From the IMG/VR virus record IMGVR_UViG_3300049216_000317, positions 84,961 to 148,960 of that record: a DNA stretch of 64,000 bases, one strand, 5' to 3'. Shown in pieces: positions 45,033-52,958 of the stretch. The first letter of the stretch is position 1. Each line of letters starts with the position of its first letter. The DNA comes from a virus. Its lineage: Duplodnaviria > Heunggongvirae > Uroviricota > Caudoviricetes. The translations under genes and the position numbers were made by a program. The notes below the pieces were generated by a model. That model worked only from the letters and a program-made list of their open reading frames with translations, had not been told where the DNA came from and did no database searches.

Positions 45033-45122
45033 TTCTCGATAAGGGCGCAAGCCCGCGTGAAGCCTTATGCTCGATGCCCGTATCGCTGCATAAGGATAAA
45101 GAGAAGCCAGAAACGGGCATTG
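45033..45122 (+). ncRNA. structured RNA candidate (multistem plus pseudoknot)
   Basis: TTCTC/GAGAA; GGGC-GCAA-GCCC; CCTTATGC/GCATAAGG; loop ATGCCCGT complementary to downstream ACGGGCAT. Confidence 0.6.
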
Positions 45123-45123
45123 T

Positions 45124-45197
45124 TGCGCTTTAGCCAAGCGGTAAGGCACCAGATTTTGATTCTGGCATCCCTGGTTCGATCCCAGGAAGCGCATCCA
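45124..45197 (+). tRNA. tRNA-Gln(TTG)
   Basis: T1-A72, TT-TTG-AT loop, CCA. Confidence 0.92.
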
Positions 45198-45210
45198 TTT
45201 TAGTTTTTGT

Positions 45211-45296
45211 GTAAGCGTGGGTGAGTGGCTAAAACCACCAGACTGTAAATCTGGGCTCTTCGGGGTTCGCAAGTTCAAATCTTGCCGCTTACACCA
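45211..45296 (+). tRNA. tRNA-Tyr(GTA)
   Basis: CT-GTA-AA loop, long variable arm, CCA. Confidence 0.95.
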
Positions 45297-45312
45297 TTTG
45301 ATTTTGTTTTGT

Positions 45313-45388
45313 GCGCATGTAACTCAGCTGGTAGAGTACCTGACTTCCACTCAGGATGCCGCAGGTTCGAGCCCTGTCATGCGCTCCA
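45313..45388 (+). tRNA. tRNA-Gly(TCC)
   Basis: CT-TCC-AC loop, T73, CCA. Confidence 0.95.
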
Positions 45389-45403
45389 GTTTTTGTGTTT
45401 TGT

Positions 45404-45480
45404 CTAAGTATAGCTCAGTTTGGTAGAGCGCTTGGTTTGGGACCAAGAGGTCGTAGGTTCAAATCCTGCTACTTAGACCA
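45404..45480 (+). tRNA. tRNA-Pro(TGG)
   Basis: C1-G72, A73, TT-TGG-GA loop, CCA. Confidence 0.95.
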
Positions 45481-45493
45481 TTTTTGTTTTTGT

Positions 45494-45568
45494 TCGGCAG
45501 TAGCTCAGAGGTAGAGCTCACGACTGTTAATCGTGTGGTCGCATGTTCGATCCATGCCTGCCGAGCCA
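45494..45568 (+). tRNA. tRNA-Asn(GTT)
   Basis: T1-A72, G73, CT-GTT-AA loop, CCA. Confidence 0.95.
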
Positions 45569-45609
45569 TTTTTATAGCCAGTATGTGACGTAATAGGTAA
45601 CATACGGTC

Positions 45610-46242
45610 ATGAATAATCTTCTTCTTCAGCTTTTCCTCATAGTACAAAATCGTTCAGCCAATACCTGGCTTGTCGGCGGATGCGTGCGCGATCTTATTC
45701 TTGGCATGGCACCGAAGGATTATGACATCGTCACTGACGCCAATATCGAAGAATTAAAAGAAGAATTCTTGGCCAATGGATGGGCCGTCAATGCTGTTGG
45801 CGAGAACTTCCTGGTCTATGCCGTCTCCAAAGAACACCAGCAATTTGAAATTGCCAATTTCCGCAAAGAATATGGGTTTACAGATGGGCGACGCCCCGAT
45901 CACGTAGAGATTGGAACCCTAGAGGAAGATGCCCAGCGCCGGGATTTCACGGTGAATTCAATTTATTGGAATCCAATTACCAACGAGTACAAAGATCCAA
46001 ATAATGGCAAGAAGGATCTCCAAAACAAGGTGCTGCGCTTTATTGGAAAGCCCAAAGACCGCATCAAGGAAGACTACTTACGCGTCTTCCGATTCTATCG
46101 TTTTTTAAGCAAATTTAAGAAAATCGGCATGGAGGCTGAACCCCGCTCCCTTTCAGCTTGCCGCGAAATGTTTCGCGAAGCCTATGGGAAAACCAATCCG
46201 GAGCGGGTTCGTATGGAAATCGAAAGAATGAGCCTTACTTAA
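45610..46242 (+). CDS. class II tRNA nucleotidyltransferase (CCA-adding family), head/neck domains only
   Basis: GGCVRDL...DYD (motif A), RRDFTVN (motif B), EDYLR (motif D); only 210 aa. Confidence 0.88.
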   Translation: MNNLLLQLFLIVQNRSANTWLVGGCVRDLILGMAPKDYDIVTDANIEELKEEFLANGWAVNAVGENFLVYAVSKEHQQFEIANFRKEYGFTDGRRPDHVEIGTLEEDAQRRDFTVNSIYWNPITNEYKDPNNGKKDLQNKVLRFIGKPKDRIKEDYLRVFRFYRFLSKFKKIGMEAEPRSLSACREMFREAYGKTNPERVRMEIERMSLT

Positions 46243-46642
46243 TTTTCCAGTCCATGGTGCGCGCGACAGCCTGGAAAGCTTCAACTCCGCGACCCTTTAC
46301 GTTGACAGTAAAAGTCTCGCTGTGGCCGTGTTTTGAGTGGGGTTTCACCTTGCTTCGCAAAGCCAAAATTCGGTCAAAGTAAGGTTTGTTGAACAACTTA
46401 CGGTTCGGGTTTTGCGGATCGTAAATAGAAAACTCAACCAATCCACGCGCGAGCTTCTTGTTGTTTTTCGCCTTCCAAACACGGAAAGTCGAATCCTTCA
46501 TGCCCGTGGCTTTCTGCATATCTTCCATCGAGTAACGGTAGGCGGATAACTTTGCTTTCGGGATCTTTGTTGAGGTTTTCTTTGCGGTACGTTTCGTAGT
46601 CTTTTTCGCGGTCTTTTTTGAATTCGTCGTTTTTTTAGCCAT
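46235..46642 (-). CDS. DNA-binding protein: Lys/Thr-rich histone-like N-terminus plus HTH
   Basis: AKKTT repeats, then YSMEDMQKATGMKDSTFRVW; AGGAGG RBS. Confidence 0.6.
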   Translation of the reverse strand: MAKKTTNSKKTAKKTTKRTAKKTSTKIPKAKLSAYRYSMEDMQKATGMKDSTFRVWKAKNNKKLARGLVEFSIYDPQNPNRKLFNKPYFDRILALRSKVKPHSKHGHSETFTVNVKGRGVEAFQAVARTMDWKIK

Positions 46643-46695
46643 TGTGGCCTCCTATTCAGGCCACTATATAAATCAGAAACGTATCTAATGCCACA

Positions 46696-46729
46696 AATAA
46701 AAATGCCCCGGTAGCGAAACCACCGGGGC
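46696..46729 (-). terminator. intrinsic terminator
   Basis: GCCCCGGT/ACCGGGGC stem followed on the minus strand by ATTTTTATTT. Confidence 0.7.
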
Positions 46730-46745
46730 CGACGAAGGAAGACCA

Positions 46746-47237
46746 TCACTTCGTTTCAAGAAGACGCACGACTACGTCGTTACGCCTATTGAACTTGTTG
46801 TCACCCAAAGCCTCTTCCCGCGCTACCGCAGCTTCAAAGGCCGTCCCAAACCCATACTTACGAAATCTTTTCCCGTTAACATTAAATTCATAACCGAACC
46901 TATCTCTCTTAGCGACAACCCCATGGTATCCAGTTTCCGTACAGGGCGTCTTTCTTCGGCGATTCGCTATATTTTCGGCGTTCGTCGCCAATCTAAGATT
47001 TTGCTTTCGGTTATCTAGACCATTCCCATTGATATGATCCACGACCATACCCTTCGGGGCTTTCATAATCTCCCTGTGTAAGAGACCGGCATAAACCGTT
47101 TTCTTATTCTGTCTCTTGTAGAGAACACAGTAGTGTGTCGACCGATACCATTGAACTTTTAAGTAAAAGGTTTTCGCCAGCCCAATGTCCTCGGCGTCGA
47201 TCAGCACACTATTCGACGCGACCTCTATTTGAGGCAT
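46746..47237 (-). CDS. HNH-AP2 homing endonuclease
   Basis: [17 protein letters not shown], then an AP2-like TGYHGV...F.TAFEAA.AR. Confidence 0.9.
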   Translation of the reverse strand: MPQIEVASNSVLIDAEDIGLAKTFYLKVQWYRSTHYCVLYKRQNKKTVYAGLLHREIMKAPKGMVVDHINGNGLDNRKQNLRLATNAENIANRRRKTPCTETGYHGVVAKRDRFGYEFNVNGKRFRKYGFGTAFEAAVAREEALGDNKFNRRNDVVVRLLETK

Positions 47238-48037
47238 GTTTCCGGACGACGCTTCAAATTCGCTTCGTTCGTTGCGTCCATTTGCTGAAGCTCAAGTCCG
47301 ATGCTCTTGCTCCAGGTCAGCATCGCCTGCAAGTCTTTCGGGAAACACATGCCCGCGAAACCAAACTTTGGGACGTCACTTCCAGCCTCAAAATTTGGTA
47401 CTTTCGTGTGCGTATCGCCCAGCTTACCTTGTGTCAAAGCTAGCGTGATGACACCGTCATAGTTCACACCCATCGTTTTGCAGACTTGGAAGATCTCATT
47501 CAAGAAACCAACTTTTGTCGCGAGAAACAGGTTGTGAGTATATTTTGCAATTTCGGTCACTTTATAGTCATTGGCATACGCAATCTTCACATTCGGAAGA
47601 AGCGCCTGGAAGATGCAAGCAATTTCATTCACGTCATCTTGCGCACCACTGAGTAGTACCGCTGGTTGCGCCATGAAGTCGTCGATCGGCGTCTTGGCCG
47701 TCAAAAATTCAGGATTGTGAACGATTTTGAGACCGTATTCTTTCGCGAGACGATCGCAAGTGCCCGGCAAAACCGTGCTCTTGATTACGACTTGTCCTGC
47801 GTATTTATTCTGCCCAAGCCACGCGCACGTTTCTTCGAGAGCCGATTGGTCTTGGCCCCCATTTACGGTGGCCGTTGGCAAAGAGAGAAACATACTGTCC
47901 GTTTCGAGAAGCTGATCTTTCGTGTTCGGCGAGGTGCGAATGTCGTACCCAACTGTCGGAAAGACCGTAGCAAACGCATTCGCTACAGCACCACCAACCA
48001 CTCCCAACCCAACAAACCCCAGCTTCTTCAGTCTCAT
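47225..48037 (-). CDS. UDP-glucose/GDP-mannose dehydrogenase family, lacking the C-terminal domain
   Basis: GLGVVG, KSTVLPG, HNPEFL, AKY.HN and GMCFPKD (catalytic Cys). Confidence 0.88.
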   Translation of the reverse strand: MRLKKLGFVGLGVVGGAVANAFATVFPTVGYDIRTSPNTKDQLLETDSMFLSLPTATVNGGQDQSALEETCAWLGQNKYAGQVVIKSTVLPGTCDRLAKEYGLKIVHNPEFLTAKTPIDDFMAQPAVLLSGAQDDVNEIACIFQALLPNVKIAYANDYKVTEIAKYTHNLFLATKVGFLNEIFQVCKTMGVNYDGVITLALTQGKLGDTHTKVPNFEAGSDVPKFGFAGMCFPKDLQAMLTWSKSIGLELQQMDATNEANLKRRPETCLK

Positions 48038-48038
48038 C

Positions 48039-49043
48039 TTAAACTTCCTCGATCGAATCTTCCATGCGGCTACGGTTGTAGCGTCGGACTTCATGTTCAA
48101 GTTTAGGATTGTTGATGATCGAAAGGACACCTTGCGCATCGTAGTGCAGATCTTTGTCCGGATTGTACTTATCGCCTAACAGCAATTCCCAACGCTCACG
48201 GTAGTAGCGACGCTTTTTTGGGCCGTGAAAACGGTGCTCAATGCGAGTAGGGACAAACCCAACTTCTTTTTGAGTGTAACGAACGGCCCGCGCTTCCCAG
48301 TCATAGCACTTACGGAAGAACGACTCTGCCATACCTTTATGAATCGTATTTTTCACCTCACCAATCATAGCAAATGCCATGTGGTGATCTGCGCTACCGA
48401 GAATTGGCCAATCCATAAGAGGTCCTGGACCGCCAGCGCCAAGCATAGCTTCCATGAAGCTACGACGGCATGCCCATGCATAACCGCTATGCGCATATTG
48501 ATATTCACGCTGCGAAGGATGCATTTGCTTTGGAACGCGACGTTGATGTTGGTAGCCAAATGATTTGAAGTGCTGAAGGACCGTCCCATGATGACCTAGA
48601 TCAAGACAGTCCGCCCATGGCTGAACAACTTCGAAATGCTGAAGCTGCTGCATGGTTTCTAATGCCCAACCTTCATCGGGGAAGAAAACGTCCATATCGA
48701 TCCACGCAATGTATTGCGCTTCAAGAGGGACCAAATGGCGAAAGCCAAGATTGATCATATTTTCTTTGATCCACGCTTCCGACTTGGTGCGAACCTGCAA
48801 GATTGAAAGATTTTGGCGTGGCTCAATGTCTGTGATTTCGTGATGACGATCGCCGAAAGCACATTCTACGAGGCAAAGATGAACGTGCGGAGTGCCCAGC
48901 ATGTGCTGAATCCACTCTCGGGCAATGCGGTAGCGGGAATGAAAACGAACGGGATTTGAGCAAACGCCGATCACATAGAGCGGCTGTTTACTTCGCAATT
49001 CCGGATGTCGGATTTGCAAGTTCAGGTGAGATGAATGCTGCAT
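48039..49043 (-). CDS. GT-A fold glycosyltransferase
   Basis: W.KENMIN.G, WIDMD (DxD) and H..HG motifs; next to a sugar dehydrogenase. Confidence 0.7.
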   Translation of the reverse strand: MQHSSHLNLQIRHPELRSKQPLYVIGVCSNPVRFHSRYRIAREWIQHMLGTPHVHLCLVECAFGDRHHEITDIEPRQNLSILQVRTKSEAWIKENMINLGFRHLVPLEAQYIAWIDMDVFFPDEGWALETMQQLQHFEVVQPWADCLDLGHHGTVLQHFKSFGYQHQRRVPKQMHPSQREYQYAHSGYAWACRRSFMEAMLGAGGPGPLMDWPILGSADHHMAFAMIGEVKNTIHKGMAESFFRKCYDWEARAVRYTQKEVGFVPTRIEHRFHGPKKRRYYRERWELLLGDKYNPDKDLHYDAQGVLSIINNPKLEHEVRRYNRSRMEDSIEEV

Positions 49044-49162
49044 ACGTCCTCGTGAAGAAATTAGGTTTGGGGTTCCCTATATTCTTCACTAATAACGTAA
49101 TTGCAATCAAGCTAATAGCTAAATTCAGAATCCATTTAGCTACTTCCTGGCCTTTCGTCGGG

Positions 49163-50119
49163 CTACCAGATCTTCCAAAACGGCTTTTTTCGCACAACTT
49201 TGGGCAATTCGTGCGGAATTTCCGACTTACGATCGTCCTCGCTTGCGGGCGGATGTTCTGATTGTGCGTCTTTTAATGCCGTCACGGGAGCCTGAGCTTC
49301 TTTTTCTTCAAGCTCGCGCCAGTTGCTTATATTCGTGTCAGCCAAGCGTTGATGCCTTGCTTTCACTTCTTCTACGATGGCTTTGAGTCGCTCGTCGGTA
49401 ATGTCTTCGACGCGACTGACTCCGTAGTCGGGGTCATCTTCTTTAAATCGTTCGACAAATTTATTGAGCGTGAGATCGCAATATTCATCAACCCAATCGG
49501 CAATAAAGTAGAGTCGGTTTGGCTGATGAAGCAGCTTTCCAAATAAAATTGGGTCTTTGCTACGAATTTTTTCTTTGGTTGTTGTGAGCTTTTCGCCTGT
49601 GTAATCAATGTAGAGAATCCAGAACTCATCGAACACCTTCGCTTTTTCGAGCTTGCGCACCTTCGCTTGGACGCTTTTCGGAATCACTCGCGGAAACTTC
49701 TCAAGTGGATTCCATTGAATTACGCGATCCTTCACTAGTCCACGAAACTTGTCGATGTCTTTTGATTCAACCCAGGTATTTATGCCGAAAGAAACAATTT
49801 CGCACTCACGCACGAGAACCGCGATCTCTTCGCAGAGCGACTCGTACAAGGCACGCTGCCCCATGTCTTTGGCGTAAGAAATCAAGCGCTGAACTTTAGC
49901 CATCCGACGCTTAACTTTTTCGATGTGAACCTTGCCAAGCTTCGATTTCACGTACTTCATGTAAAGGGCTGGCGAAATTGATTTGTCTTCGGTTTTCAGG
50001 CTGACCGTTGACTGAATTCCCGACGGCGTGTCGTAAACGTATTGGACTGTATAGCCATTAGAAATGGCAGTTGCGCCGCTAGCTAACCCTAAACCCGTAA
50101 CCGTGATTCCATTGCTCAT
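49163..50119 (-). CDS. conserved phage hypothetical protein
   Basis: 318-aa ORF with GAGG RBS; DPILFG...RLYFIADW motif. Confidence 0.65.
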   Translation of the reverse strand: MSNGITVTGLGLASGATAISNGYTVQYVYDTPSGIQSTVSLKTEDKSISPALYMKYVKSKLGKVHIEKVKRRMAKVQRLISYAKDMGQRALYESLCEEIAVLVRECEIVSFGINTWVESKDIDKFRGLVKDRVIQWNPLEKFPRVIPKSVQAKVRKLEKAKVFDEFWILYIDYTGEKLTTTKEKIRSKDPILFGKLLHQPNRLYFIADWVDEYCDLTLNKFVERFKEDDPDYGVSRVEDITDERLKAIVEEVKARHQRLADTNISNWRELEEKEAQAPVTALKDAQSEHPPASEDDRKSEIPHELPKVVRKKPFWKIW

Positions 50120-50125
50120 AATTCC

Positions 50126-50374
50126 TCAGTTCAGTGCGTTCTTGATTTCTTTCATTTGTCCTGGGGTCATCTCTTTTACCACGACTGCCGTATCCGGAAT
50201 TTCGTTCACGAAACATTTTTCACAAACGAATTTTAGGTCGTACCCCTCGCCAGCCTTTAGGCTTTCCATAGTGACCCAAACTTTTTTGCCGCACGTCGCG
50301 CAATCGCGGTGCTCACTGGGTGCTATTGAGCGCTCAGTCGCCCGCACGCACAGCATTGTCGCTGTTGGTTTCAT
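50126..50374 (-). CDS. Zn-finger protein
   Basis: CATC and CEKC. Confidence 0.6.
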   Translation of the reverse strand: MKPTATMLCVRATERSIAPSEHRDCATCGKKVWVTMESLKAGEGYDLKFVCEKCFVNEIPDTAVVVKEMTPGQMKEIKNALN

Positions 50375-50609
50375 CTTTCCCCCTCAAGTTGTGTAACATT
50401 TTGTGTGCTCTATCTTTGATGAGTTCGGAAACCGTTGAATCACCCACCAATTTTTCAAGCCCAAGGATAACCACCGTGTCGTCGATCTTGAGTCCAGCGC
50501 GCCCCTGCGCGAGACCGGCCTGATACGGATCTAAAAGTGGTTTGCCCATGGTTAGGCGCACGACGTAATCCTTCCAAAATTCTTTTGCTGCTTCTGTATC
50601 GTTCATCAA
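50334..50609 (-). CDS. hypothetical protein
   Basis: GGGAGG RBS; 91 aa. Confidence 0.55.
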   Translation of the reverse strand: MMNDTEAAKEFWKDYVVRLTMGKPLLDPYQAGLAQGRAGLKIDDTVVILGLEKLVGDSTVSELIKDRAHKMLHNLRGKDETNSDNAVRAGD

Positions 50610-50678
50610 ACCTCCCCGTGCTTTTGATTCACTCCCAAATGCACGCCCAATGCAAGCGCAAGCGCAGGGCGTTAGAGG

Positions 50679-51323
50679 TTAAGAGTGGTTCGGCACTAAA
50701 AACCATTTCTCCATCAAGCGGATGACCTCAAAGGCTCCAAGAATCATTGATTGCTCTTTCTCTGGCGTTATGTAAGGAAGTAGGCTCTTCTTCATTCCGG
50801 CAGCATGAGACTCTTCAGCAACCATATGATGGATGATGTACTTTTCTAAGTCTGACGAAATCGGCACCATGTTGTGGTTACAGTATTTTTCGACAAGAAC
50901 GCGAAGCCCCTGAAACTCAAAAACCGCCGTTGCCTCTAAAGCGTAAAGCGCGCCCGCGACATGATCTGGACTACCAAAGACAAAGATGTCGGCCATGGAT
51001 TCAAGAAATCGCTTTGTGTCCAAGTTAGGGTGGTGAAGATCAGTTAAAATGCCAACCTTTGCATAACCATCGCGCATGATCGCCAAATGAGGCTTCCCTC
51101 GCGTATGTTTGCCCAATTCTTCAGCAATATTTTCCAACACTTCTTCACGCAAGGCCGGGTATTCGTAAATTCGCGTCGCTGCGGCAATAAGAAATTGAAT
51201 CGCACGATACGAAAATGCGCTATACTCAAGGAGCGCAGCCTTGGCTTCTTCTGCCGGAATTCTAGCCAAAGGATGAGAGGCCAAATTTCTGCGAATTCTT
51301 TGGTCAATAACATCAAAAATCAC
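50679..51323 (-). CDS. heme-oxygenase-like dimetal oxidase (HDO/CADD/PqqC-like fold)
   Basis: All-helical; ENIAEELGKH...H, YALE..A..E and HH..AEESH ligand pattern. Confidence 0.7.
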   Translation of the reverse strand: MIFDVIDQRIRRNLASHPLARIPAEEAKAALLEYSAFSYRAIQFLIAAATRIYEYPALREEVLENIAEELGKHTRGKPHLAIMRDGYAKVGILTDLHHPNLDTKRFLESMADIFVFGSPDHVAGALYALEATAVFEFQGLRVLVEKYCNHNMVPISSDLEKYIIHHMVAEESHAAGMKKSLLPYITPEKEQSMILGAFEVIRLMEKWFLVPNHS

Positions 51324-52168
51324 GACGGCTCCATCATATAATCCTCAAGCTCATTCACCATGCGCTGAAATTCGGGTGTCTTTTTTAATTCGGGCGCTTT
51401 TTGAAGGAACGGCACGATGACCTTGCGCTTCAAAGTAGACGGCGAGCCACCCATAACCCAAATTTCGTCGGCCAAATAGACGGCTTCTGAAATGTCGTGA
51501 GTAACTGAGATGATTGTGGAAGCGTATTCGTTACGACTGCGGGCACTCAAAGTAAGAGCAAGCGCAATTGAATGAATCGAGTCCTGCATTTTGAGTCGTG
51601 TTTTGACGTCTAGAGCTCCGAAAGGTTCGTCCATTAATAAAATCTTCGGATTAGCCAAAAGTGATCGAGCAATTGCTACGCGCTGAAGTTGACCCCCAGA
51701 CAAATTTGGATAAATGGCGTACTTTTCCTCTTGGCCCTCTAGGCCGACCAGTCTAAGCATTTCAAAGGCGCGATCACGCGATTCTTTGTCTGATATTCCC
51801 TGGTAGCGCGCACCGATTTGAATGTTTTCAAGGACCGATAGCCAAGGCAACGACGAATAGCGCTGAAAAACCATTCCGACTCGGTCGTTTTCCGTTCGCG
51901 GTAGACCATGCATAAGAACCTGCCCAGCGGTTGGCTTTTGCAAACCCGCTATATAGCGCAGGAGCGTCGACTTGCCACAACCTGACGGCCCTAGAATCGC
52001 AACAAAGCGTCCTTTATTGGTTGGATCGTCTATTCGCAAGTTCAGGTCATTGAAAATCGTGATTTTGCCCTTGTCATAAGTCTGGGAGATGCCCCGAAGT
52101 TCAATCGTCGGAATAACTTCAGTAGGTGCTGTAGGTGGCGAATTGATGTCGGCAAAAAGGTTAATCAC
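51320..52168 (-). CDS. ABC transporter ATPase (NitT/TauT type)
   Basis: GPSGCGKS, LSGGQ, LLMDE and VTHD; GGAGG RBS before the GTG at 52168. Confidence 0.95.
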   Translation of the reverse strand: MINLFADINSPPTAPTEVIPTIELRGISQTYDKGKITIFNDLNLRIDDPTNKGRFVAILGPSGCGKSTLLRYIAGLQKPTAGQVLMHGLPRTENDRVGMVFQRYSSLPWLSVLENIQIGARYQGISDKESRDRAFEMLRLVGLEGQEEKYAIYPNLSGGQLQRVAIARSLLANPKILLMDEPFGALDVKTRLKMQDSIHSIALALTLSARSRNEYASTIISVTHDISEAVYLADEIWVMGGSPSTLKRKVIVPFLQKAPELKKTPEFQRMVNELEDYMMEPS

Positions 52169-52956
52169 TCGGCCTCCAAATGCTTGAACTTGAAGGCCCA
52201 CTTATCAAAAAGAATCGCCAGCTTGTCCTGAATCATGCCAACGACAATGATAACCGCAAGGATACCAAAAACCTTATCCACGCGTGATTGGCGAGCAGCC
52301 GTGTAGGCCAACGCACCTATTCCGCCATTCCCCTTGTTAATCATTTCGGCGACGATAATGTACGTCCACGAGATCGCAACCAAGACTCGAATATCGTCAG
52401 AGATTTTTGCCAGGACGGCTGGAATAAAAATAGATTTGATTGTCTGCCATTTGTTAGCGCCAAGTGTGTACGCCATTTCGACGTAAACGTCGTCAACTTC
52501 TTGCACGCGCTGGACAACTACGGGCAATAGGTAAACGGAGATCCCGAAAGCTAAAAACTGGACCTTCATCGTGTTCATGATACCGAACCAAGCAATAAAG
52601 AGTCCCGTGATCGCAGTCAGGGGCAGAAAGCGAACGGCGCCAAGGTATTCTTTGAACATTTCTCGAAAGAAGGGGAAGAGCCCGATAGCAAAACCAACCG
52701 GAATACAAAAAGCGATTGCTTCAGCATAACCAAGAAGGTTGATGTAAATTGAGTACCAAAGATTTCCCAGAAGACCGTCTTGTAAGAATAACTCGCCGAA
52801 AGAGCTTACAACTTCCGTGGGAGTAGGAAGCAGGGCTGACGAAATCAGATTTAAGCGCCCAATGGCTTCCCAAACAAAAAGAATCACGACAAAGCCGCCC
52901 CACTGAATCAGCAGGGCGGTCTTGCGCTCAACTTTACCACGTAAAGTAAAGAGCAT
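52165..52956 (-). CDS. ABC transporter permease (SsuC/TauC type)
   Basis: Multiple TMs; EAA-like YVEMAYTLGANKWQ; WTYIIVAEM. Confidence 0.92.
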   Translation of the reverse strand: MLFTLRGKVERKTALLIQWGGFVVILFVWEAIGRLNLISSALLPTPTEVVSSFGELFLQDGLLGNLWYSIYINLLGYAEAIAFCIPVGFAIGLFPFFREMFKEYLGAVRFLPLTAITGLFIAWFGIMNTMKVQFLAFGISVYLLPVVVQRVQEVDDVYVEMAYTLGANKWQTIKSIFIPAVLAKISDDIRVLVAISWTYIIVAEMINKGNGGIGALAYTAARQSRVDKVFGILAVIIVVGMIQDKLAILFDKWAFKFKHLEAE

Positions 52957-52958
52957 GC

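Noticed and set aside
45033-45122. Known ribozyme or riboswitch (hammerhead, HDV/theta, twister, pistol, SAM-II)
   Set aside because: No CUGANGA/GAAA core; too little room for HDV P3/L3; no twister P1-UAA; the SAM-II resemblance (CCGUAU.GC) lacks the U-triple strand.
43807-45568. Prophage attachment site at the tRNA cluster
   Set aside because: No duplicated tRNA 3' fragment and no host-like flank; phage genes continue on both sides.
48988-49197. Possible small membrane ORF between the glycosyltransferase and the 318-aa gene
   Set aside because: No good start or RBS, overlaps both neighbours, and the AT-rich hairpin region explains the hydrophobic translation.
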